From Dehalococcoidia bacterium (GTDB lineage Bacteria; Chloroflexota; Dehalococcoidia; Plut-88900), in NCBI GenBank assembly GCA_965249275.1, contig CBDFLQ010000007.1, forward strand, positions 544,001 to 608,000: a stretch of DNA of 64,000 nucleotides, given 5' to 3'. The notes below the pieces were generated by a model. It worked only from the letters and a program-made list of their open reading frames with translations. It was not told the DNA's origin and did not search any database. Positions 56,117-64,000 of this stretch are shown in pieces (within the stretch, counting starts at the first letter, position 1; each line of letters begins with the position of its first letter). Position numbers and translations under genes: made by a program.

Positions 56117-57769
56117 CTACGTCGCGTAGGCCTCTGCCCCGGGTCTCCGGTACACCTCCCGGCCCCCGAGAAACACGTAGTCCACTTTCACGTCCAGCAG
56201 TTCGTCACCCGTCATGCCCATCGGGTCACGGTTCAGGACTACGATGTCGGCCAACTTGCCCACTTCCAGGCTTCCCTTTGAATCTTGCTCGCCAAGGGCA
56301 GCCGCCGGATAGATGGTGTGCATCTTCAGCGCTTCGTCTACCGACACCCTCTGCTCCGGGTCGATTATCTGTCCGGTGAACGTCTGACGCTTCACGGCAC
56401 ACCAGATGCTGAAGAACGGGTTCAGGTGCCTGACCTCTGAGCCCGATCCGTCTGAGCTGCAGGGCAGCTCCCACCCATCGTCCAACATGGTGCGGAACGA
56501 AAACCTGCCCTTGCTGGCATAGTCGCCCATGTAGACCGGGAAGTAGTCCCCGAAGGTGTAGAGGAAAACGGCCTGGGGCGCCGGCATGATGCCCGCCCTG
56601 CGCCACAGCTCCCGGGTCCCGGGGTCCGACACGAAGTTCCCGGCGTGCTCCATCCGGTTCACCATATGGCCCGTCGGCGGGTCACCAAGTTCGATAGCCA
56701 CCTTGCACATCGACTCCTGGGCCCTCTCACCGTTGCAGTGGATGATCAGCTGCAGCCCCGCCTCCCGGGTCCCGACCATCGCATTGAGGATTTGGCGCCG
56801 GTTTAGGCCCAGCTTCCCCCTCGAACCATTCCGTCCGACGTAGGGCAGCTTCACCGCCGCCAGCGCCGCGGAGTACCCCCCGTCGGCGAACATCTTAACC
56901 CCTTGAATGCGCATGTACTTGTCATCGGAGTTGATGGTGAGGTGCTCCTGCCACCGGCACGCATCCTTGATCGACATGAGCCGCGGTGCCCATATGTACG
57001 TCCTGAACCGGACGTTTATCTCGCCGCTGCCGATCAGCCGGTCTGCCAGCTCGATACCCTCGGAGCTGTGGGATATGTCCCCGATTGTCGTCACGCCGTT
57101 GGTGGTCAAATGCTCACGGGTTATCGCCTTAAGGGCCTTCTCCTTGGTAGACAAGTCGGGGCGGGGTATGGGGAGCAGGTGCTCGAGGTCCCTGATGATT
57201 CCATTGGGGTGACCCGACTCATCGAGCTCCACCGTGGCGCCTGCCGGGACTCGGAAACCCGGGCCAATGCCCACCAGTTCCAGGGCCTTGGAGTTCAGTA
57301 TCAGGTTGTGGCCCCCGGCCATCATCGCCACAGGGATATCGGTGCTCACCTTGTCCAGGTCGTGTCGGTCGGGAAGGCGTTTATCCTTGAGTTTCTGGTC
57401 TTGGAACAGGCTCCCGTGGCCAAATAGCCAGCCCGTCTCCTCCGCCATGTCCATTCTCTCTCGGAATGCCTCTATAACGTCGTCTATCGTCTCCCGAGGA
57501 GGAGTGTGTACGTCGACCCGGTTGTACAGGGCCAAAGACGCCATCTCAGGGTGTACGTGGACGTCGACGAATCCCGGCATTATGGGCCGGTTCCCGAAAT
57601 TGTACGTGGTGTAGTTCTGACCCAAACCGCCCGTAACCGCATCTCGCGGGCCAACACCAGCGATCGTATCACCATTCACGGCCACCGCATCGTCGTCTCG
57701 GCCAGATTTTCCGGCCATCGTTATAAGCTGCCGAGATTTCAGCAGCAGCCTTTTATCCCCCGACGCCAC
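56117..57769 (-). CDS. Amidohydrolase-3 family protein
   Basis: PGFVDVHVH, KMFADG, H.NGE, RMEHA, SSD and GSLEVGKLADIVVL motifs. GTG start inferred. Confidence 0.85.
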   Translation of the reverse strand: MASGDKRLLLKSRQLITMAGKSGRDDDAVAVNGDTIAGVGPRDAVTGGLGQNYTTYNFGNRPIMPGFVDVHVHPEMASLALYNRVDVHTPPRETIDDVIEAFRERMDMAEETGWLFGHGSLFQDQKLKDKRLPDRHDLDKVSTDIPVAMMAGGHNLILNSKALELVGIGPGFRVPAGATVELDESGHPNGIIRDLEHLLPIPRPDLSTKEKALKAITREHLTTNGVTTIGDISHSSEGIELADRLIGSGEINVRFRTYIWAPRLMSIKDACRWQEHLTINSDDKYMRIQGVKMFADGGYSAALAAVKLPYVGRNGSRGKLGLNRRQILNAMVGTREAGLQLIIHCNGERAQESMCKVAIELGDPPTGHMVNRMEHAGNFVSDPGTRELWRRAGIMPAPQAVFLYTFGDYFPVYMGDYASKGRFSFRTMLDDGWELPCSSDGSGSEVRHLNPFFSIWCAVKRQTFTGQIIDPEQRVSVDEALKMHTIYPAAALGEQDSKGSLEVGKLADIVVLNRDPMGMTGDELLDVKVDYVFLGGREVYRRPGAEAYAT

Positions 57770-58859
57770 AGGCCACCCCCTTCCCCGCCAGGACCGGTTC
57801 CCGTCCATTCGTAGCCGACTCCCGGGCCCTGTAGGGAGTCATAACTTCTTTGGCGAACAGCTTCAGAGACCGCATCATATCCTCGTGCCCTGGGCCGAAG
57901 TGTGTAAACAGTGAAAGGTGATCGAGACCCGCTCTATCGAAGGCGTATACCTTCTCCAGGACCTCGTCGGGAGTTCCCATGAGCAGGTTGTCATAGACCT
58001 CCTGCTGGGATGGGTCATCGTCGTTGGACTCGGGGGCCACATAGGCCCTGGGGTTGGAGTTCTGGGTGTAGTCGTGCAGCCGGGTCCCGATCCGGTGGTT
58101 AATCACTACGTCCCGCGTCTTGGCGAATGCCTCCTCCTTGGTCTCTGCCACATAATACATCCTCGACATCCCAACTCTCTGCTCCCCGCGCGCATGGCCA
58201 GACTCTTCCCTCCCCTGATGAAAAGCGTCACATATCCGCTGGATGTGGCTCATGGGACGCCGGAAGGGTGCATTGAATACGTTGTATCCCTTGCGGGCAT
58301 AGTGCAGCGCCGTGGATTCGTGCATGCACCCGACCCAAACCGGGGGGTGAGGGTCTTGCACGGGTCGGGGCCAGATATACGTGTTTTCGAAAGACCAGAA
58401 CTTGCCCTCGTGCGCTATCCCTTCGTCCTTGCTGTGCCAGACCTTTTCCAGGATTTCGAGAGACTCATCAAAGCGGGCCCGGCTGTCCCCGAACTCCTGC
58501 CCGAAGCGGTCAAACTCGTACTTGTAGGCGCCCCTTGCCACGCCCAGCTCAAACTTGCCGTTCAGCATGTTGTCAGTGGCGGCTATGTCGCCCGCTATCG
58601 CCAGGGGGTGGTGGAACGGCAGAAGGACTACCGCAGTCCCGACGGTCGCGTTCTTCACGTATTGCCCGACCTGGGTGGCGCCCAGCAGCGCGTTCGGCGC
58701 AGGGATGTAGTGGATCAGGTGGTGCTCCGGCACCCAAACGTTGTCGAACCCGAGGTCATCGGCGAGAATCGCTAGCTCCAGCATGTTCTTGTACATGTCC
58801 AGGCCGCGCTGCTCTTCGTAGATCTGCATAAAGGAGAGGAACAGGCCGAATGTCATCAT
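57753..58859 (-). CDS. Luciferase-like (LLM class) flavin-dependent oxidoreductase
   Basis: GFDNVWVPEHH, LPFHHPL.IA, ELGVARG and PRPVQDPHPPVW motifs. Confidence 0.92.
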   Translation of the reverse strand: MMTFGLFLSFMQIYEEQRGLDMYKNMLELAILADDLGFDNVWVPEHHLIHYIPAPNALLGATQVGQYVKNATVGTAVVLLPFHHPLAIAGDIAATDNMLNGKFELGVARGAYKYEFDRFGQEFGDSRARFDESLEILEKVWHSKDEGIAHEGKFWSFENTYIWPRPVQDPHPPVWVGCMHESTALHYARKGYNVFNAPFRRPMSHIQRICDAFHQGREESGHARGEQRVGMSRMYYVAETKEEAFAKTRDVVINHRIGTRLHDYTQNSNPRAYVAPESNDDDPSQQEVYDNLLMGTPDEVLEKVYAFDRAGLDHLSLFTHFGPGHEDMMRSLKLFAKEVMTPYRARESATNGREPVLAGKGVACGVGG

Positions 58860-58981
58860 GGTCTATCTGTCCTTCAGGTGTTGCCCGTTTAGAAATTGCG
58901 ATATCCGGCTATCGGACATTCGCCAGGCTCGGCAAACAATACCTTTGCCACGCCAAAACTGTCAATTCGCCTTGCGAAATC

Positions 58982-59932
58982 CTACGCCAGACACCTCAAA
59001 GGACTCCCTCCGTTATAATCCTCCATCTCTGCGATGATAGGCCTCATCTCCAGTTTTTCGCCCCACTTCTGTCCTTTGATCTCTGAAAAGGCACGGTGAA
59101 TGTTTCCCACCAGCCGTTCCGAGTCATGCCATTCTGAGAACTCGCCGAGGTCCGCGCTTCGGGCTATCTCCAACGGCCCCGCACCCGCGTCAAACCCCTC
59201 CCTGGCGATGTCCTGAACAAACCTGAGATATGCCTCGGTGGGGTCGAAAAGTTCTGGGCCGCACACGGGCCCGTGGCCCGGGACTATGGTCTCGGGACCG
59301 AGCGCTCTGAGCTTCTCGACGGCCTCCAAAGACCCGGCCACCGACCCCATGACGACAAACGGTGTCCCTTCATTGAATATCAGATCGCCTGAAAACAACA
59401 GCTTTAGGTCGGGGAGCCACACCACGGTGTCGTTGGTCGTGTGGGCGGGGCCCATGAAGATAAGCTCCAGCCTCAAGTCCTCGACGTGCAGAGTCATTTT
59501 GTCCTGATAGGTCACCGCCGGGGCGGCCAGTTCCAGGTTGCCCCAGTCCACGTTGGGGAACAGCATTCCTATGGGGTTGTCGGGCTGGGGAAGTCCCGCC
59601 TCCAGTATGGCTTCCCGGCATAGCTCGTGTGCAACAATGATCGAATCCGGGAACAGGTAGTTCCCGTGGGTGTGGTCGCCGTGGTGATGCGTATTGATCA
59701 GAGTTTGAAGCGGCAGCTTGGTTACTCCCCGTATCGAATCGATAAAGGTACGCGTCCTGCGCTCGGTGAAGCAGGTGTCAATGACCGTCGCCCCCCTCCT
59801 CCCGACCACGAAACCCGCGTTGTTCAATCCCCAGCTCCCGTCAGCTTGCAGATAGCAGAAGATGCGATCAGCCACTTCCTTCACCTCGGGCGGCGGGAGT
59901 TCACTGCTCTTTTCGAATTGGTCGATGCTCAT
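58982..59932 (-). CDS. MBL-fold metallo-hydrolase (cyclase-like)
   Basis: WGLNNAG, NTHHHGDHTHGN, AHTTND, SGDLIF and VPGHG motifs. Confidence 0.88.
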   Translation of the reverse strand: MSIDQFEKSSELPPPEVKEVADRIFCYLQADGSWGLNNAGFVVGRRGATVIDTCFTERRTRTFIDSIRGVTKLPLQTLINTHHHGDHTHGNYLFPDSIIVAHELCREAILEAGLPQPDNPIGMLFPNVDWGNLELAAPAVTYQDKMTLHVEDLRLELIFMGPAHTTNDTVVWLPDLKLLFSGDLIFNEGTPFVVMGSVAGSLEAVEKLRALGPETIVPGHGPVCGPELFDPTEAYLRFVQDIAREGFDAGAGPLEIARSADLGEFSEWHDSERLVGNIHRAFSEIKGQKWGEKLEMRPIIAEMEDYNGGSPLRCLA

Positions 59933-60072
59933 GGGATTTCCCTTCTTGCGCTATTCCGGAAATGGTCTCGCTTGCCGTACCGAGGTTCCATATTATATTG
60001 TCACGGCGAAACATCCCAATACCGCGCTCATCTAGCGCCCCGATACCAGGGCCCAAGACACGGGAGACCAAC

Positions 60073-61284
60073 ATGAGACCGCTGGAAGGCATCAAGGTAG
60101 TTGAGCTAGGCATCTGGTTCGCAGGGCCTGCCGCCGGTATGCTCCTCGCCGAGTGCGGCGCCGACGTCATCAAGATCGAGCCCCTCGACGGCGGAGACCC
60201 CATCCGGGGACTCGACCTGGAGGAACGCTGGGGAGCCAAGACCCCACCCTTCAACTACATGGCGGAAATGGTCAACCGCGGCAAACGCAGCGCAGGCATC
60301 GACCTCCGCAAGCCCGAGGGCCAACAGCTCGTCTACCGTCTCGTCCAGACCGCCGATGTCTTCGTCACCAATGTCCGTCCCCAGGCCCTTGATCACCTGG
60401 CAATGACTCCCGAGACCATCACCGCCCTCAACCCCAGACTTATCTACGGTCTCCTCACCGGATTCGGCCCCAAGGGCCCCGACAAGAACAAGCCCGCCTT
60501 CGACGAGGTAGGCTTCTGGGCCCGAGGGGGGTTCCTGTCCTTCATGGGAGAACCTGGTGGACCACCGACCCACCTCCACGGCGCTATGGGAGACCTGACT
60601 GCTGCCGTCTGCATGACCAATGCCATCTCCCTTGCCCTGTTTGCCAGGGAGCGCACCGGCAAAGGCCAGATAGTCGATGCTTCTCTTCTGTCCAGTGGAA
60701 TGTGGGTGGCAGGCTACGACCTTCACCGCACCCTGTTCTCCGGCGAAGACGTGCTTCGGGAGACCCGCACTTCCGCACCCAGCCCCCTATATAATACCTA
60801 CCAGTGCGGCGATGGCCGCTGGGTCCAGTTTTCCATGCCCCAAGGCGACCGCTACTGGGGCCCGACTTGCAGAGCCCTCGACATCCCGGACCTGGCCTCC
60901 GACACCCGGTTCAACACCCACGGCAAGATGATGAAGAACCATATCGATGCCATAAAGCTCCTAGACAAGGCCATAGCCCGTCGCCCTCTCGCCGAGTGGG
61001 CCCCCCGTTTCGATGAGTGCCAGCTGGTCTGGGCCCAGGACGCCCGACTCTCGGAGGTGGTAGCTGATCCGCAGGTCGAGGCAAACAATTTCCTCGCTAA
61101 TGTGGACCACCCGGGTCTCGGAGTCTTCCCAGAAATCGGTGTGCCCTTCGCCCTGCGGGGCACGCCCACGCATCCCTCGGGACCCGCGCCCGAGTGGGGT
61201 CAGCACACTGAGGAAGTGCTACGTGAACTCGACTATTCCTGGGAGCAAATCATCGAACTGAAAGACCGATCCGTCATAGCCTGA
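60073..61284 (+). CDS. CaiB/BaiF (class III) CoA transferase
   Basis: PLEGIKVVEL..AGP, GADVIKIE, NRGKRS..IDL, GD and GQHTEEVL motifs. Confidence 0.92.
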   Translation: MRPLEGIKVVELGIWFAGPAAGMLLAECGADVIKIEPLDGGDPIRGLDLEERWGAKTPPFNYMAEMVNRGKRSAGIDLRKPEGQQLVYRLVQTADVFVTNVRPQALDHLAMTPETITALNPRLIYGLLTGFGPKGPDKNKPAFDEVGFWARGGFLSFMGEPGGPPTHLHGAMGDLTAAVCMTNAISLALFARERTGKGQIVDASLLSSGMWVAGYDLHRTLFSGEDVLRETRTSAPSPLYNTYQCGDGRWVQFSMPQGDRYWGPTCRALDIPDLASDTRFNTHGKMMKNHIDAIKLLDKAIARRPLAEWAPRFDECQLVWAQDARLSEVVADPQVEANNFLANVDHPGLGVFPEIGVPFALRGTPTHPSGPAPEWGQHTEEVLRELDYSWEQIIELKDRSVIA

Positions 61285-61314
61285 AACCGCAGTGAACTCA
61301 AGGGAGGAGCAGAA

Positions 61315-62094
61315 ATGAGCCAGGAAACGCTGATATATGAACTTAAGGAAGACGGAATCCTCTGGATCCGCTTCAATCGTCCCCGATCCCTCAACGCCGT
61401 TAACCGCACCTTTGCCAGGGAGCTCCGGGAGGCCGTGGAGCAGGCCGAGGCGGACCCCGACGTCAAGATTGTTATCCTCACCGGCGAGGGCCGGGCCTTC
61501 TGCGCGGGCGCCGACCTTAAAGAGGCCGCCGCGGGCATCCCTGCAGGCCAGGAAAAGCGCAGTACCCATAACCTGCAAACCGTGGCCCAGGTCCTGAGAG
61601 ACATGCGAAAAGTCGCCATTGCCGCAGTCAACGGATACGCTTTAGGCGCGGGCTGCGAGATTGCCCTCGACTGCGACCTGGTGGTTGCGTCCGAGGAGGC
61701 CAAGTTCGGATTCCCGGAAACGGGTGTCGGCGCTACGGTAACCGGTGCGGGCACATACCTGCTGCCGCAGGGTATCGGTCTGGCCCGGGCCAAGGAGCTT
61801 ATCTACCTGGGAGAGCATGTCCCTGCCGCCGAGGCCCAGAAACTCGGCATGGTCAACCGCGTCGTCCCCGCGGACAAGCTGGTAGAAGAGGCCACCGCCG
61901 TTGCCCACAAGGTGCTTGAAAAGTCACCCATGGCCATTGCTCTGGCCAAGGCTGCCCTCAACGTCGGCGCCGAGTCGAACTTCGGCGCCGCCCTGACTTA
62001 CGAGCGCGATTCCAGCATTGCCGCAGCTTCCACCGGCGACATGGTGAATGCAGGCCAAGCCTTCAAAGAGAAACGTCCGCCTAAGTTCCAGTAA
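61315..62094 (+). CDS. Enoyl-CoA hydratase/isomerase family protein
   Basis: NRP..LNA, AFCAGADL, NGYALGAGCE and FGFPE motifs. Confidence 0.92.
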   Translation: MSQETLIYELKEDGILWIRFNRPRSLNAVNRTFARELREAVEQAEADPDVKIVILTGEGRAFCAGADLKEAAAGIPAGQEKRSTHNLQTVAQVLRDMRKVAIAAVNGYALGAGCEIALDCDLVVASEEAKFGFPETGVGATVTGAGTYLLPQGIGLARAKELIYLGEHVPAAEAQKLGMVNRVVPADKLVEEATAVAHKVLEKSPMAIALAKAALNVGAESNFGAALTYERDSSIAAASTGDMVNAGQAFKEKRPPKFQ

Positions 62095-62106
62095 GGGAGC
62101 GAGTCG

Positions 62107-62901
62107 ATGGACATGGAGCTGGACGGCAAAGTGGCCGTCGTAACAGGGGGCAGCCTGGGAATCGGGAAGGCCGTGGCTCGGGAGCTGGCCAAGGAGGGTG
62201 CTCAGGTGGTTATCTGCGCCCGCCGACCCGGCCCGTTGCAAGATGCAGCCTCCGAGCGGGAGCGGGAGACTGGCAGCAAAGTTCTCGCCGTGACCGCCGA
62301 CACCACGAAAGCCGACCAGGTGACCAACCTGTTCGATGTCACGATGTCCGAGTTCGGGAAAGTAGACATACTTGTAAACAATGCCGCCGTAGTGGGTGGG
62401 CTACTGCAAGGGCCCCTGGAGGAAGCTACGGAAGAGCTCTTATCGGAAGACCTGGATACCAAGGTGGTGGGTTACTTTCGAACGGCCCAGGCAGTGGCGC
62501 CCCACATGAAACGGCAGGGTTGGGGTCGGATAGTAAACATCGGCGGGATGTCGGGGCGCTATGCCGGGGTGATCAGCGGAGTCCGCAACGCGGCCGTTGC
62601 CCACCTCACCAAGACCCTATCCGGTCAACTGGCTCCCTACGGTATCACGGTAAACACGATCCACCCAGGCACCGTTCGCACGGAACGGACCGACTCCGAC
62701 TACGAAGCAGAGGCCGCCGCCAAGGGCATCCCTAAGGCAGAAGTTGAACAACAAGCCGCCGAAGCCCAGTCAATAGGCCGGATCGTTGACGCCAGTGAGA
62801 TAGGTCACCTCGTTTGCTTCCTAGCCTCCCCCAGAGCGGCGGCGATCACCGGCGAGGTCATCGCTGTAGATGGGGGGCGCGGGTCTGCCGTGTTCTTCTA
62901 A
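62107..62901 (+). CDS. Atypical SDR family oxidoreductase
   Basis: VTGGSLGIG, LVNNAA and TIHPG motifs; no YxxxK. Confidence 0.88.
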   Translation: MDMELDGKVAVVTGGSLGIGKAVARELAKEGAQVVICARRPGPLQDAASERERETGSKVLAVTADTTKADQVTNLFDVTMSEFGKVDILVNNAAVVGGLLQGPLEEATEELLSEDLDTKVVGYFRTAQAVAPHMKRQGWGRIVNIGGMSGRYAGVISGVRNAAVAHLTKTLSGQLAPYGITVNTIHPGTVRTERTDSDYEAEAAAKGIPKAEVEQQAAEAQSIGRIVDASEIGHLVCFLASPRAAAITGEVIAVDGGRGSAVFF

Positions 62902-62980
62902 CGCCCGTCAGGGCGTTTAGCCATCGGGGCAAGTGGGGAAAAGGCTCCCCAAAGCTATAGTACGGCAGTCCATTTTCGGC

Positions 62981-64000
62981 TCAGGACGTGATAAGGCCCT
63001 CCTGGGGCTGGATCCAGGGTAGATTGTAGAGCGGTGCGAACTGAGGGGCCCGGGGTATCGGCATCTCCGCAAATGGCACGTCGATTATCACGGGCGCCCG
63101 GCGTTCAAGCGCAGCGGGAATCAGCGTCTCCAGCTCAAGGGGATCATCCGCTCTCATACCAATCGCGCCAAACGACTCGGCAAACTTCACAAAATCCGGG
63201 TTGTGCAAATCCGTCCCGTAAGTTCCGTTAAACACATCCTCCAGGTCTCGGGCGACATTGCCGTAAGAGTCGTTTCTGAAGACAATCGTAATAACGTTGA
63301 TGCCGTACTTGACCGCGGTCGAAAGCTCAGATGAATTAAACATGAAACCGCCGTTCCCGGCCATATATATAACGGCGCGGTCCGGCTTGGCCACCTTGAC
63401 TCCCAACGCTGTCGGAAACGCGTAGCCCAGGTTGAACGAATAGCCGGAATCTATGTATGTCTTCGGGTGATTCACCTTCCAGTGGGTGCGGGCGTAGTAC
63501 CCAAACTGCGTAACGTCCCAAACTATGAAGGCGTCTTCCGGGACGCCCTTCTGCATCGCCTCCAGGACCGGGTACTGCGGCTCCTTCAGCCCGATGTCGT
63601 AGTACGATATCAGGCTGCGCGCAGCTCTCACCGCTTCCGCGGGCGAAGGTCGATCTCCTGCACCGGCCTCCATCAGGTAAGGAAGCAGCGCCTCGATTGT
63701 GGCCCGTGCGTCGCCGTGCAAAGGTATCGTGTTGGCCTGGATCCTGGTAAGTTCCGTGTCGTCGATATTGACGTTTATCAATGTCGATGCCTCACCCGCC
63801 GGATTCCCGAGCGAAAAACGCGCCCCGATTCCTATAACCACGTCCGCCGACTGCATCACCTCGAACAGCTAGTTCATTTCCTGCCTTTCGCCCCTAGGAC
63901 TGAAGCAGGAACCGTACGACAGCAGATGGTTGTCCGGGATGGTCCCCTTGCCTCCGCTGGAAGTTACTACCGGTATGTTTGTCGCCTCCGCCAGCTTGAT
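62981..64000 (-). pseudogene. Thiamine pyrophosphate-binding protein (acetolactate synthase-like), 5'-partial, with internal TAG
   Basis: The frame continues upstream of the TAG at 63869-63871 (..SGGKGTIPDNH..EMN*LFEVMQSADVVIGIG). TPP-binding motif appears as GNGGF..N. Confidence 0.7.

Noticed and set aside
1-64000. CRISPR array, rRNA, prophage, retron or group II intron
   Set aside because: No regularly spaced repeats, cas genes, rRNA sequence, phage genes or reverse transcriptase were found in the window.

Overview
GC-rich bacterial chromosomal window that looks like Chloroflexota, class Dehalococcoidia, possibly SAR202-like. This is inferred from the alpha2-type GlyRS, fused SecDF, NrdJ/NrdR, a dcw cluster reduced to mraZ-rsmH-ftsZ, and a catabolic block of LLM/SDR/CoA-transferase genes. 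Most of it is housekeeping: holA, glyQS, sbcD, secDF, def, priA, rplS, pepA, proC, nrdJ, nrdR, ftsZ, rsmH, mraZ, trmD, mtaB, fabF, recJ, lgt, xerD, uvrC, tRNA-His and tRNA-Arg(UCG), plus several toxin-antitoxin modules. Four signals stand out. (1) Two diverged copies of an ~790-bp transposase-free element (12054-12838 and 41488-42288). They have TG..CA ends and IS481-like termini, and one copy has a perfect 5-bp target duplication. Both carry an internal sigma70 promoter with a LexA-like box, conserved flanks, and a covarying long-range helix enclosing a hairpin-dense variable domain, suggesting a mobile large structured RNA. (2) A class I CoA-transferase-fold alpha subunit with an in-frame UGA and a SECIS-like hairpin, the UGA falling at the position I recall as the IpdA catalytic residue (candidate selenoenzyme). 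(3) A circularly permuted CcdA. (4) A multi-hairpin CCUCC-loop sRNA candidate downstream of nrdJ. All calls are by eye from the sequence; no database searches were run.
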